From an uncultured delta proteobacterium (GTDB taxonomy: Bacteria; Myxococcota_A; Polyangia; Polyangiales; Polyangiaceae): a stretch of 64,000 bases of DNA. Numbering within the stretch: position 1 is the stretch's first letter; every line of letters begins with the position of its first letter. The notes beneath the pieces were generated by a model that saw only the letters and a list, made by a program, of their open reading frames with translations, had not been told where the DNA came from and did not search any database. Below, one piece after another: positions 39,549 to 50,226 of the stretch. The stretch covers positions 1,024,001 to 1,088,000 of the forward strand of contig CAVOKF010000005.1 of the NCBI GenBank assembly GCA_963696385.1. The letters are read 5' to 3'. The position numbers and the translations under genes were made by a program.

Positions 39549-40904
39549 ATGATTTCTGTCCGGACCGCTCTGGTTGCGGGCGAAACCATCGACGAAGCTC
39601 GCACCCAGATACGCCTGGCATGGCCGATCGCACTTGCGCAGTTCGGCATGGTGGCCCTGAGCCTCGTCGATACTGCGTTCGTCGGTCGCGTCTCGCGCGT
39701 CGAACTTGCGAGCGTCGCTCTCGGACGTTCGCTGTCGTTCGTGATCTCATCGATCGGGTTCGGCGTCGCCTCGGCGATCGACCCGCTGGCGGCCCAGGCG
39801 CTCGGTGCGGGCGAGCCGGACCGCGCCTGGTGTGCCCTCACGCGGACGGTTCGCGCCGTCACCCTGCTGAGCGTGCCGGCGGTGGCCGTCACGGTCGGTG
39901 CTACCTGGCTGCTGTCTTGGGCCGGTGTTTCTGCCGAGGTGGTCGTCCGCACGCGGACGTTTCTTGTGGCGCAGATCCCCAACCAGATCGCCCTGACCGT
40001 CTTCTTTGCAGCGAAGTCCTTTCTCCAGGCGCGCGGCGAGACGCGCCCCGCGCTGGTCGGCTCAGCCCTTGCCAACGTCTTGAACGTTCTGGTCTGCGCG
40101 GCGATTGTTCGGGGAGACGATTCTCTGCATGCGCTCGGTCTGCCGGGGTTGGGCCTTCCCCGGCTCGGCGCAGTCGGAGCGGCGATTGCGAGTGACGTTG
40201 CGGCGCTGGTGTTGATGGGCGTCGCTCTCTTCGCGGCGCGGCCGTTCCGTGTGCCCTTTGTCGGTGATGAGGTGAGCACCACCGAGGTCTTTCGGCTCGG
40301 CATCCCGATCGGGCTGCAGTTTGCCGCGGAAATCGGCGTCTTTTCGCTCGCCGCATTGCTTGCCGCCCGGTTTGGTGACGTCGCGCTCTCGGCGCATCAG
40401 ATCGCGCTCGGGCTGGCGAGCTTCACGTTCATGGGCGCACTCGGCGTCAGCGGCGCGACGGCGGTACGCGTCGGCCTCGCCATCGGAGCGCGCCAATCCC
40501 CCCGCCGTCCGGGCTTCGTGGGCATGGGGCTGGGCTCGGGGGCGATGATTGTGGGCGCGCTTGCGTTCGCGGCGATTCCGGGCACGGTGGTGCGCATCTT
40601 CACGGACGACAGCCTCGTCGTTCGGGTGGCGGTGCCCCTCGTCCGCGTGGCAGCGGCCTTTCAGATGTTCGATGGACTTCAAGTGGTGGCGGCCGGAGCG
40701 CTTCGTGGGGCAGGAGACGTGCGGCTGCCGTTCGTTGCGACCGTCGTCGCGCACTGGTGTGTGGGGCTGCCCGTTGCGATCGTCTTTGCGTTCGCCGGTC
40801 ATTTGGGCGTCGTCGGGTTGTGGTTGGGCCTCACTGTGGGGCTCGTGGCGGTGGCGATCGCGCTCGCGGTCCGCTTCGCGATCCTGTCGCGAGGTTACGG
40901 GTAA
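39549..40904 (+). CDS. MATE-family efflux transporter (NorM-like)
   Basis: LAWPIALAQ..VDTAFVGR, RLGIPIG..AEIGVF, AHQIAL, FQMFDGLQVVAAGALRGAGD. Confidence 0.9.
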   Translation: MISVRTALVAGETIDEARTQIRLAWPIALAQFGMVALSLVDTAFVGRVSRVELASVALGRSLSFVISSIGFGVASAIDPLAAQALGAGEPDRAWCALTRTVRAVTLLSVPAVAVTVGATWLLSWAGVSAEVVVRTRTFLVAQIPNQIALTVFFAAKSFLQARGETRPALVGSALANVLNVLVCAAIVRGDDSLHALGLPGLGLPRLGAVGAAIASDVAALVLMGVALFAARPFRVPFVGDEVSTTEVFRLGIPIGLQFAAEIGVFSLAALLAARFGDVALSAHQIALGLASFTFMGALGVSGATAVRVGLAIGARQSPRRPGFVGMGLGSGAMIVGALAFAAIPGTVVRIFTDDSLVVRVAVPLVRVAAAFQMFDGLQVVAAGALRGAGDVRLPFVATVVAHWCVGLPVAIVFAFAGHLGVVGLWLGLTVGLVAVAIALAVRFAILSRGYG

Positions 40905-41068
40905 TCGGGCAGAAGCAGCGCTTTACCGCCCTGATCGGCTCGACATGGCCCCGCTGTCGCTTCCAGCGCCCTCAAGCGTTCGCGGTTGACGAGACGCCGA
41001 GGTCGGGCTGCAATCGCCTGGAAGTGTCGCCACGACGCGCGACGTAAGCGAAGCGGAGTAATGAGAGC

Positions 41069-42013
41069 GTGCTTCGAGAGGGCGACATTCTGGCCGGCAG
41101 GTTTCGCATCGAGAGGATATTTGTGGGGCGTGGCTGTGCGCCTCTGGTCCGCGCCTGGGACACGCTGCTCGAACAGACGGTGGCGGTTTTCTTCCCGCCC
41201 CATCGCGAGGGTGAGGACACACTGACCCGACTGTCTCGAACGGCGAGAGCGGCCGCCGAGATCAACAGCGATCACATGCTCCGGCTTTTTCACGTGGGCA
41301 CCCTGGATACGGGCGAGCCGTACAGCGTATTGGAATGGCTCGTGGGCAGCGATCTCGGTGTGTGGCTGCGCCGGAAAGGAGCCCTGCCCATCAAGCAGGC
41401 CGTCGACTTCGTCATCCAGGCTTGCGACGCGTTGGCGGAGGCTCATTCGCGCGGAATCGTCCATCGAAACATCAAGCCGGGTTATCTATTCGCCGCCGAG
41501 CGGCCCGACGTGGAGGCGTCCGTCAAGGTTCTCGGCTGGGATCTCTCGACGACGCTGCGCTCTGCGTCCGCCAAGCAGGCGATCTCCGATGCCGAATCGC
41601 GATCCGACCCGCCCGAAGCGACGTTGAGCGGAACGCCGCTGTACATGTCCCCCGAGCAGCTGAGGGGAACTCGGGATGCCGATGAGCGCACCGACATTTG
41701 GGCGGTCGGCATCACGCTGTGCAGGCTCGTTACGGGTCATGCACCCTTCATGGCCAACTCGGCTGCGGGCATTGTTTCGGCGATTGTGTCGGGCAAGCGG
41801 CTGCGGGAGCGATTCCCGCGCCTGCCGGCGGGTCTCGAAGCCGTGATCCTCCAGTGTCTCGAGACGGACCGTGCAAAGCGTTATCCGAACGTACCGGAGC
41901 TCGCAGGGGCGCTTCTGGATTTCGGATCAGACCGCGCAAAGCCGCTGGTCGAGCGCATTCGCACGTTGCCCCAGCGCGGTTCGTCGCGTCGGCCGGAGGA
42001 TGGAGCGCAATGA
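41069..42013 (+). CDS. Ser/Thr kinase-fold pseudokinase
   Basis: C-lobe GTPLYMSPEQ and DIWAVG retained; VAVK is VAVF, HRD is HRN, DFG is GWD. Confidence 0.8.
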   Translation: MLREGDILAGRFRIERIFVGRGCAPLVRAWDTLLEQTVAVFFPPHREGEDTLTRLSRTARAAAEINSDHMLRLFHVGTLDTGEPYSVLEWLVGSDLGVWLRRKGALPIKQAVDFVIQACDALAEAHSRGIVHRNIKPGYLFAAERPDVEASVKVLGWDLSTTLRSASAKQAISDAESRSDPPEATLSGTPLYMSPEQLRGTRDADERTDIWAVGITLCRLVTGHAPFMANSAAGIVSAIVSGKRLRERFPRLPAGLEAVILQCLETDRAKRYPNVPELAGALLDFGSDRAKPLVERIRTLPQRGSSRRPEDGAQ

Positions 42014-42015
42014 CG

Positions 42016-43722
42016 TCATGGGAGCGCTGACCCGGCGCCCGTGTGCACACCGGCGCCTTCATCGCCATCCGATGCGACCCGCCAGATCGTGCCGTTGCCG
42101 TCCTCGCTGACGAAGAGCGCTCCGTCGTGGGCCACGGCGACCCCAACGGGGCGGGCCCAGACCGCAGCGTCATCCACGACGAAGCCCGTCATGAAGTCCT
42201 CATAGTCACCCGTTGGGACGCCGCCCTGCAGCGGGACCGTGATCACCTTGGGCCCCGTGCGCTTGCCGCGGTTCCACGACCCGTGGAGCGCTGCGAACGC
42301 GGCACCCCGGTACCGCGGCGGAAAGGCCTTCGCGTCGTAGAAGGTCATTTGCAGCGAAGCCGAGTGAGCTTGAAGTAGGACGTCGGGCACGATCACGGTG
42401 CTGGCGAGCTCGGACCTCTCGCCGGCATGCCGTGGGTCTTCCTGATCACCGAGGTAGAACCATGGCCAGCCGTAGAACCCGCCGCGACGCACGCGCGTGA
42501 TGTAGTCGGGGACGAGATCGTCGCCGAGCCCGTCCCGCTCGTTCGTGGAGCACCAGAGGTCACCCGTGCCTGCGTGCACGGCGAGACCCACGCAGTTGCG
42601 GATGCCGCTCGCGTAGACATGCCTGTCCCGGCCATCGGCATCGAACACCAGCACGTCCGCGCGGTCGCGCTCGTCGGAGTCGCCCTCGGCCACGTTGGAT
42701 CCGGAGCCGACGGAGACGAACATCTGCTTGCCATCGCGGGAGAACGCCACGTCGCGTGTCCAGTGCCCCCCTTGCACGTCGGTGAGCGACGCGACGACGG
42801 TTTGCGCTTCTCCGCGAGCCGTCATGTCGCCGTTGGCATACGGGAAGCGAACCACCGCGTTCGTCTCGGCGACGTAGACCCACTTCGGGTCGGGCCCGGG
42901 CGGATAGAACGTGATTCCGAACGGCCGGTCGAGTCCCGATGCGAAGATCGAATTCCTCTCGACTGCGCGAGCGCCATCCGCAGCGCGCAGTGCGCGTACC
43001 CTGCCAGCCTGGCTCTCGGCCACGAACAGGTCACCCCGGGGGGAAACGCGAAGCAGACGCGGTCCGAGCAAATCGTGCGCGAAGACGTCCACGCGGAAGC
43101 CGGCAGGCACGTACGGGTCTGCGCCTGGAGGCGGCGCAACGACGTTCGGACCGTTCTGGGCCGAAAGGGTCGCGTACGGCGGTGGTAGGTCGGCGGTCGT
43201 GATGTGGCGACGCACGCCGGGTCCGTCGCCTCGGTAGTCGCCGAAGGCGGCGGGTCCGGTGCGCAGGCCAGGGGACGCGGGGGGGGCGGTTGCGTGCGCC
43301 GCGGCTGCGGGCGACGAGGTGTCGCCGGGCGCGAGTGTGGCTAGGTAGTCGACGACGGCGCGCCGTTCGAACTCGTCCGGGATCGCCGTCGGCATCGTCG
43401 TGCCCGGAACCCGCTGCGCCGGGGCGGCCAGGAAGCGATCGAGCGTTGTGCGGTCCCATGTGAGCTGCGCCTCGCGCAGGGCTGGCGAATACCCGAAAGG
43501 CATCGAGGCCGCCTTCCGCCCGAGGACGCCGCCGAGTCCGGGACCCTGTGCGGAACGCTCTCCGGTCGAGTGGCAGAGGGCGCAGCGCTGCTCGAAGATT
43601 AGGCGACCGGATTCGGCCGCATCCTGGTGCGGCGCCGGCGGTCGATGTTGGAGGCGCGCGGAGGCGACCACGCTGGCACCGAGCAGCGCAAAGCATGCAA
43701 CGGGCGCGAGGCGACGCATCAC
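42016..43722 (-). CDS. Cytochrome c2-like domain fused to glucose/sorbosone dehydrogenase (beta-propeller)
   Basis: Signal peptide; CALCH..GPGLGGVLGRKA..PGTTM; GIRNCVGL, NERDGLGDDLVPDY, GFYGWP, HGSWNR, RPVGV. Confidence 0.9.
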   Translation of the reverse strand: MMRRLAPVACFALLGASVVASARLQHRPPAPHQDAAESGRLIFEQRCALCHSTGERSAQGPGLGGVLGRKAASMPFGYSPALREAQLTWDRTTLDRFLAAPAQRVPGTTMPTAIPDEFERRAVVDYLATLAPGDTSSPAAAAHATAPPASPGLRTGPAAFGDYRGDGPGVRRHITTADLPPPYATLSAQNGPNVVAPPPGADPYVPAGFRVDVFAHDLLGPRLLRVSPRGDLFVAESQAGRVRALRAADGARAVERNSIFASGLDRPFGITFYPPGPDPKWVYVAETNAVVRFPYANGDMTARGEAQTVVASLTDVQGGHWTRDVAFSRDGKQMFVSVGSGSNVAEGDSDERDRADVLVFDADGRDRHVYASGIRNCVGLAVHAGTGDLWCSTNERDGLGDDLVPDYITRVRRGGFYGWPWFYLGDQEDPRHAGERSELASTVIVPDVLLQAHSASLQMTFYDAKAFPPRYRGAAFAALHGSWNRGKRTGPKVITVPLQGGVPTGDYEDFMTGFVVDDAAVWARPVGVAVAHDGALFVSEDGNGTIWRVASDGDEGAGVHTGAGSALP

Positions 43723-44168
43723 GGCGAGCCCATCAGCCCCGTGCCGAAAACCGCAACGTGTGCGTTCATGCGGCTCCCTTCCACCAGCGATCGACGGGGC
43801 CCGATCCGGCAGCGTTCAGCTGGATCGCTGCGGCGATATCCCCTATCCCGAGAGGCCGTACGACGAGCCCGCGCAGCAGACCGTCGTGACCTCGGCACGC
43901 TCGGTCCAGGAAGTGGCTGCCGGTCCATGCGGGATGATCAGGCACGTAGGTGTCGTGCGGTCACGGAGGTAACGCTCGATGGCTCGGGAACGCTCTCGGG
44001 CTCGTTCACACGGTCACTTTACCGACGAACGAGGGGGACACCAAGGACGTCGGACGATGGCGCCGACGCCAAGATGCGCTGATCCGCGGCATCGCCCTGA
44101 CCGATTTTGCTCGGTTTGGGTATTCGCAAACGGGCGAGACTGAGGACAACAACGACTATGGAAGGAAG

Positions 44169-44525
<357 letters not shown>

Positions 44526-44635
44526 TTCTTTTAGACATCCTCAACGTCACCCAAGCATACACAGCACGCGGCTGGCCGCCACCGCGTCAACCCGGTCGCT
44601 CGCCGGGCGGTTCGAGTCTCGGCCGAAGGGGTGCC

Positions 44636-45280
44636 TCAGCTGGGGGCCAGTGCCATCACTCGTCCGGCTTCGAACCAGATGGGGTCGAAATCCACGGCTT
44701 CGGCGGCGAATCGGGCGCAGGAGAGGCGCTCGGCTTCCGCATGCGCTTGGTGCCACCGCTCCTCGGTCAGCGGAACCGCGTCGCGATTGACCCAGAGCCA
44801 GGCAAGGGCCGTCGCGTCGCACTGAAGCTCGGTCCACGCGCGTTCTTCGAAGGGACCGTGGTTATGGAAGTGCGCCCAATCGTGAAGGCCCCAGAAGAGG
44901 CCACGTAGGCTGTCGGCGGCGAGCCACATTAAGTCGGCCGGCCGCTGCCGGTGCGAGAACAATTGATTGGTCGCCTCGTCGATAGCCCAGGGCGCGAGTG
45001 CTCGCGCTTCGTCGTCGAGCCCGAGCCCGAACACATGCACGCGCGCCATCTCGGAGGGCAGGAACTCACAAGGCTGCCGAAGGACGAAGGCCATCCCGGC
45101 AGGGTTGGTCCCGTCGATCGGCGAATCACCCCAGCCGATCGCCGGTCGTCGCCATTCGAGCTCGTCGCTGGGGCACCAACCAAAAGCGTCGAAGACGTGG
45201 GACGGCGCCATTCGATACGCGGGCGGAGTGCGCAAACGTACGATTCGGACATCCGATACCTCGAACGCGGCGCGGTTCAC
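44636..45280 (-). CDS. Hypothetical protein with zincin-like HDWAH...ELQCD motif
   Basis: GLHDWAHFHNHG..WTELQCDATAL; start uncertain (45280 or 45325). Confidence 0.6.
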   Translation of the reverse strand: MNRAAFEVSDVRIVRLRTPPAYRMAPSHVFDAFGWCPSDELEWRRPAIGWGDSPIDGTNPAGMAFVLRQPCEFLPSEMARVHVFGLGLDDEARALAPWAIDEATNQLFSHRQRPADLMWLAADSLRGLFWGLHDWAHFHNHGPFEERAWTELQCDATALAWLWVNRDAVPLTEERWHQAHAEAERLSCARFAAEAVDFDPIWFEAGRVMALAPS

Positions 45281-45375
45281 GCGGTCGGTGTAACATGAGT
45301 CGAGGGAAGGCGAACTCGCTCGCACTTTGCGCAGTCGGGTGTGCCGAGCTAAGGCTCCCGACTCAAGGACCCGCG

Positions 45376-46020
45376 ATGTCTCCGACGCAACCGTTGCCGC
45401 CGAAGAAAGAGGTCGCGTTGGCCTTGCTCGAACGATCGAGCGTGTACGTTCATCTGGATCCTCGGCAGCAGGCGGCCGTCGTCCCGCCCTGGTTCAAGAA
45501 GCAGCCGCAGCTCGTTCTTCAGGTCGGCCTCAACATGCCGGTTCCCATTCCGGATCTACGCCTGGACGACGAGGGCATTCAATGCACACTCAGCTTCAAT
45601 CGTGCGCCGTTCTTCTGCGTCGTGCCCTGGTCGAGCATCTTCGCGATGGTCGGTGAGGATGGCCGAGGGATGGTGTGGCCCGACGATGTGCCCGTCGAGG
45701 TGGCACGCCAAGCGCAGGAGCGGGCCGACGGCCCCGTTCGTCGAGAGCCGTCGAAGCCGACGCCTCCGCCGCGGGAGCCCAAGGTCGAAGCCGTGGCGAA
45801 GCCAAAGCGTTCGCGCAAGCGTCCTCCGCTGGCTGCCGTTCCGGGCGGAGGCGAGGACGCCACCGGCAGCCGTGCGCACGCCAAGCCCGAACGCATCGCT
45901 CCGCCCGCGGCGCGGCCTGCCGTCGCGCAGCCGGACGTCGCGCGGCCCTCGGCGTCCGGGGCCGCCGGATCGGCACGCAAAAAGCGAGAGTTGCCGCCGT
46001 ATCTTCGCATTGTGAAGTGA
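45376..46020 (+). CDS. sspB: ClpXP adaptor SspB
   Basis: VVPPWF..LVLQVG..DL..DDEGI..TLSFN..VPWSSIFA; disordered tail ending PYLRIVK (ClpX-binding motif). Confidence 0.88.
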   Translation: MSPTQPLPPKKEVALALLERSSVYVHLDPRQQAAVVPPWFKKQPQLVLQVGLNMPVPIPDLRLDDEGIQCTLSFNRAPFFCVVPWSSIFAMVGEDGRGMVWPDDVPVEVARQAQERADGPVRREPSKPTPPPREPKVEAVAKPKRSRKRPPLAAVPGGGEDATGSRAHAKPERIAPPAARPAVAQPDVARPSASGAAGSARKKRELPPYLRIVK

Positions 46021-46087
46021 CAGAGCCCTCACCCTTCGAAGGCTGTCTTCAGGGGGCCTTCGCCAAGCCATCGACGAACGGGTTGCC

Positions 46088-48208
46088 CTAGGCAGTACGC
46101 TCTTCCGTCAAGCTCGGCGCCGTCAAACGCGGCCCTTCGTTGAGATTGAGACGAACAGGCAGCACGACCATCGGCATGCCGGCGTGCTGAAGCCGCCGCT
46201 GAATCATGAATGCACTTTCGTTGTGCAAGATGCGCGTCACGAACGTGTCCTCATCGAAGATCAGCTGGCCCGCAACGAAGAGCGCGCGCGGAAATCGATG
46301 GATGACGTCCGCCGCGATGCGCTCGGCCTCGACGGCAACCTCGATACCGGTCGAGAATTGGCTCTCGGCGGGCAGCCCCAGCCATTTTGCGTACTGGACG
46401 TATTGGTCGAGTGCTTTCTGCACTCGCGCCTCCAGCTCGTGAACCTCGGATATGCCTTTGAAGTTGCCCGAGTCGATCACGGCCACCGAGCAAAACACGA
46501 TCCCCTTGAAGTGACCGGGAAACATGCGAAGAAGGGTGAGAAGCGCGTGTCGCCCAAGTCCGCCGTACCCACCGACGAAGAGTACGGCCACTGGTTTCGT
46601 GCGGTCGATTTCGTTCGCGGTGTCGATCCCATCGGTGACGGCCGGGCTCTGCAGGCGCGAGCCTTCGCCGAGCGGGTCCGCAAGCTCGACGTCGAGCCGG
46701 CGAATGGCGATGACCACTCGCGCGTAATGGCGCTTGATTCCCAAACAGAGGGTTACGAGCAGGCCGGTCACGACGAGCGTGAGCCAGCCGCCGGCCGTGA
46801 ACTTCTCGAACACGGTCACGATCAAGATAGTCAAACAAAGGCCCAGGCCGACGATGTGAATCGGCAAGTGCTTGTACCAGTCTGGCTGTTCCTTCCGGTG
46901 CTGCACCCAGAAGCGGGCCATGCCCAAGTTGGACAACGAAAAAGTCAGAAACACGTTGATCGAATACATGACCACGAGCTTCTCGACGTTGCCGTGGGTA
47001 TAGAGGAGCGCCGCGATCGAGGTGCCGCCCATCAGCATGACCCCGTTCTGCATGCTGAGCGTCTCGGAAAGTGCCGCGAAGCGGTGCGGCAGCCATGAGT
47101 CGACGGCCATGTTGGCCATGACCCGCGGGCCATCGACGAAACCGGCCTGGGCCGCGATCAACAGCAGACCGGCTTCCGACGCGAGGGCGACGGTCACGAA
47201 CCACTGGCCGACCTGCCACCCGCCCAGGTGCCACCCGCCGGTGACGCGCTCGAGCAACACGGCATTCATCGTCTTGTCCTCGTCCGGCATCGCGTGGACG
47301 AGCAGATAAGCGAGGATGATGCCGCCTGCCGTGACGGCCAAAGACGTGGCCATGAGTCCCATGGTTCGTTTGGCCGTGCGCACCTTGGGCTCGCGCATGA
47401 TCTGCACGCCGTTCGAGACGGCTTCGATCCCGGTGTACGTACCTCCTCCGAGCGAATAGGCGCGAACAAAGAGCAAGAGCGCTCCCAACGTACCGAGGGA
47501 GCTCACCGTATGCCCGTAGTTGACGCTCGTCTGGTGTGCCACCGACGTGATCTGGCTCAGATTGCCGAAGATCGCGATGACGAGCAGGATTGCGTGCGTG
47601 ACGATAAACGCGATAAAGACCGGCAGGATAGCCTGTACGGATTCCTTCACTCCGCGAATATTCAGTACAGTCAATGCACCGATGGCGACAATCTCGACGA
47701 CGAGCTTCGTGCGCTGCACAGGGTCGAGCCAAGAGCCGACGTCGTCGGCGTTCAAATGCAACGCTGCTTGACCGAACCACGAGCGCGGAACCATGCTGAA
47801 GATGGCGTCGCCGCCCGACGCGATGGACGTCGTGATGGTGAGCACATAGTCGACCAACAGCGCGCCCCCGCTGACGACTCCGAAGCGCGGCCCCAACAGC
47901 TTGGTGGCCACGACGTACCCGCCGCCACCCGATGGAAAGTGTTCGATGATTCGCGAATAAGCGTACGAGATGATGAACACCGTAACGGCGGTGCCGAGCG
48001 CCAAGCCTACGGCGAGCGACGAATAATCGTGTCCATTCGCCACCAATTCCCGAAACGCGGCTTCCGGTCCGTACGCCGACGACGAGAGTCCATCCGCCCC
48101 AAGTCCGACCCATGCCAGCATGGCAATGAGCGAAATGCTGTGGAAGGTATGCGCAGAATGAACGTCCTTCGGGGCACCGAACAAAAGAGTCCGTAACTTC
48201 TTCTGCAT
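46088..48208 (-). CDS. KimA/YdaO-like APC-superfamily K+/H+ symporter
   Basis: GADGLSSSAYGPE, FPSGGGGYVV, LLVDYVLT, YTGIEAVSNG match KimA TM motifs including the Asp/Tyr/Glu K+ and proton residues; cytoplasmic C-terminal domain. Confidence 0.8.
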   Translation of the reverse strand: MQKKLRTLLFGAPKDVHSAHTFHSISLIAMLAWVGLGADGLSSSAYGPEAAFRELVANGHDYSSLAVGLALGTAVTVFIISYAYSRIIEHFPSGGGGYVVATKLLGPRFGVVSGGALLVDYVLTITTSIASGGDAIFSMVPRSWFGQAALHLNADDVGSWLDPVQRTKLVVEIVAIGALTVLNIRGVKESVQAILPVFIAFIVTHAILLVIAIFGNLSQITSVAHQTSVNYGHTVSSLGTLGALLLFVRAYSLGGGTYTGIEAVSNGVQIMREPKVRTAKRTMGLMATSLAVTAGGIILAYLLVHAMPDEDKTMNAVLLERVTGGWHLGGWQVGQWFVTVALASEAGLLLIAAQAGFVDGPRVMANMAVDSWLPHRFAALSETLSMQNGVMLMGGTSIAALLYTHGNVEKLVVMYSINVFLTFSLSNLGMARFWVQHRKEQPDWYKHLPIHIVGLGLCLTILIVTVFEKFTAGGWLTLVVTGLLVTLCLGIKRHYARVVIAIRRLDVELADPLGEGSRLQSPAVTDGIDTANEIDRTKPVAVLFVGGYGGLGRHALLTLLRMFPGHFKGIVFCSVAVIDSGNFKGISEVHELEARVQKALDQYVQYAKWLGLPAESQFSTGIEVAVEAERIAADVIHRFPRALFVAGQLIFDEDTFVTRILHNESAFMIQRRLQHAGMPMVVLPVRLNLNEGPRLTAPSLTEERTA

Positions 48209-48366
48209 CTTGCCCTCACGTTCTTTCCTTCCACTACTTCCAATTCCCCCCCAGCGATCCTTCGTGGTCTAAGGGGGCATCGGTAGTGAGGCGAGTGCGG
48301 GCACAGCGCAGCCACTCTAATGCAGTCGCAGCGGCCGTCAAACACGGAACGCCGCCGACAAGTCGA

Positions 48367-50226
48367 TCAGGGGACCGGACCGTCGGTCGGTCGGTCGCCG
48401 CCGGGCAGGAGCTCCCGCAAGGTGGCGCGAAGTTCGGGCGGCCCCCGATCCATGGCTTCGCGCGCGAGATCGACGATCTTGCGAGACGGCGCGCGTCGGA
48501 CGGCAGCCACGGCAGCCGCCCTGTCGACCGACGTGCCATGCTCCAATATGCCCAACACGAATTCGGTAGACTCGCTCGTATCGCATCGAACGAGGGCCGT
48601 GAGCGCCGCCGATCGAACGCTCGGCACCGAGGACTCATCGAAGATTCGCCGCAGTGGGTCGAACGCGTGCGCGAAGTCCAAGGAGGCTAGGGTATTCGCC
48701 GCGTCGTCGACGAGCGCGGGATCGCCTTCCCGCAACGCGGCCCGCACCGTCGCGAAGCTCCGTTTGAAGGGCAGTCTCGCAAGCGCGTCGAGCACCGTCC
48801 GTTTGACCCCGAGGCCGCCTTGCGCGAACAGGGCCTCGAGGGGCGAAAGGACGGCGTAGTGAGCGACCCGCCCGAGTCGCGTGGCGAGATGCATCTGGGG
48901 AGCCTCGACGGAGGCTTCCCGTGCGGCGCCTTCGACGTGCAGCGCAGCCAACCGTGCCACCATGGCCGCGCGGCGTGTGGCATCGACGCAATGCGAATCG
49001 ACCATGATGCCCGCGCACGCCTCGGAAGCGCTTCCACGCTGCTCCCACTCGAGGACATCGGCGTGCCAGACGTGACTGACCGTCAGGCTGTTGCTTCGCG
49101 CGCCGCGCTGCAGCGTCGCCCCGGTGGGCTGCGCCGGGTCGGTGGTGGCGGCGTAACGCAGCGCCGCGCGCGCGTAGTGTTCGCGCCGTACGGGATCGAG
49201 GTCCAAGCCCGCCAATTCAGTGTAAATCTGGCCGACACGTCCGAGTTGCTCGACTTCACCGAACGCGAGGATGGCTGACAACAGAGCGTTCGCAATCGTC
49301 GCCGGGGGCGATCCCCGCTGCATTTGCTGCTTGGCGGCCGCGCGCCACAGCTCGCCCTGCCGCGTCGTGTAGCCCTGCGCTTGGTCGGTCATCCGCAGTG
49401 AGCGCGCGTAATCCGCCGCGTCGCGGGCAAACGTCGCGGCCGCACTGAATTCCGACTGCTCGACCGAATCTTCGATCGCCGAGTCGAAAAACTCGAAAGC
49501 GAAGTTGCGAAGGCGGTCCTCGCGCAGGATTCGAGTGGCGTTGGCGTATCCTTCGAGGACATTCTCGAAGGCTCCGTTCTCGCGTCCGACCTGAATGAGC
49601 ACTTGGAAACAGTCGAACGCGCGTTCGCGCCGACCGATGGCTTCGAAATGGTCAGCCGCATGCTCAAGCCGCCGGACGCACGACGCGAAGCTCTCTCGTG
49701 CTTGTACGCCGTCGTTGCAGCGGCGTGCGCAACGAGCAAGGTTGAAGAACACGAGCGCCACGACGTACGTGTCGCTGCCCTCCGAATCGCGTGCGAGCCG
49801 CGCCCAGAGCGTCCGCGCCCGATCCCAGTCAAACGCCCTTTCTCGGTAGATCGCGGCGGCTGCGATCCGTCCGGCGCACTCCATTTCGCCCGCCGCGTCG
49901 GTGAGTCGCCCTTGGGCCTCCGCGGCCACGGCGCGGTCGAGGGGGGGCACGCGAGACAGGATTGGGCGCACCCTGCACCACGCCGACTCATCGCTCGACG
50001 CCGCGTGCGCAAGCACCGTGAGCGCCGAGCGCGTATCGCCCACTTGGACGAAGGCCCGTTCCAACGGCAAGAGCAAGGTGCGATATTCGCGTTCGGAGAT
50101 CTGAGTCCTGCCCGCCGCCGAGACGAGCAGGGCGATCGCTTGCTCCACGTCGCCTTTTACCGTCGCGGCTCGAGCCTGTTCCCGCAGAGCCGCTAGGTGT
50201 TCGGGCATGCCACGTCGGACGGTCAA
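48367..50226 (-). CDS. TPR/HEAT-repeat helical protein
   Basis: Ala-rich helical repeats; C-terminal HEAT-like VRSAALTAL; start TTG 50226 or ATG 50208. Confidence 0.7.
   Translation of the reverse strand: MTVRRGMPEHLAALREQARAATVKGDVEQAIALLVSAAGRTQISEREYRTLLLPLERAFVQVGDTRSALTVLAHAASSDESAWCRVRPILSRVPPLDRAVAAEAQGRLTDAAGEMECAGRIAAAAIYRERAFDWDRARTLWARLARDSEGSDTYVVALVFFNLARCARRCNDGVQARESFASCVRRLEHAADHFEAIGRRERAFDCFQVLIQVGRENGAFENVLEGYANATRILREDRLRNFAFEFFDSAIEDSVEQSEFSAAATFARDAADYARSLRMTDQAQGYTTRQGELWRAAAKQQMQRGSPPATIANALLSAILAFGEVEQLGRVGQIYTELAGLDLDPVRREHYARAALRYAATTDPAQPTGATLQRGARSNSLTVSHVWHADVLEWEQRGSASEACAGIMVDSHCVDATRRAAMVARLAALHVEGAAREASVEAPQMHLATRLGRVAHYAVLSPLEALFAQGGLGVKRTVLDALARLPFKRSFATVRAALREGDPALVDDAANTLASLDFAHAFDPLRRIFDESSVPSVRSAALTALVRCDTSESTEFVLGILEHGTSVDRAAAVAAVRRAPSRKIVDLAREAMDRGPPELRATLRELLPGGDRPTDGPVP

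Noticed and set aside
44595..44640. tRNA-like GGTTCGAGTC sequence
   Set aside because: No acceptor stem, D-arm or CCA can be built around it
48209..48366. c-di-AMP (ydaO) riboswitch upstream of the KimA-like gene
   Set aside because: The conserved ydaO sequence blocks are not recognisable and the space is short
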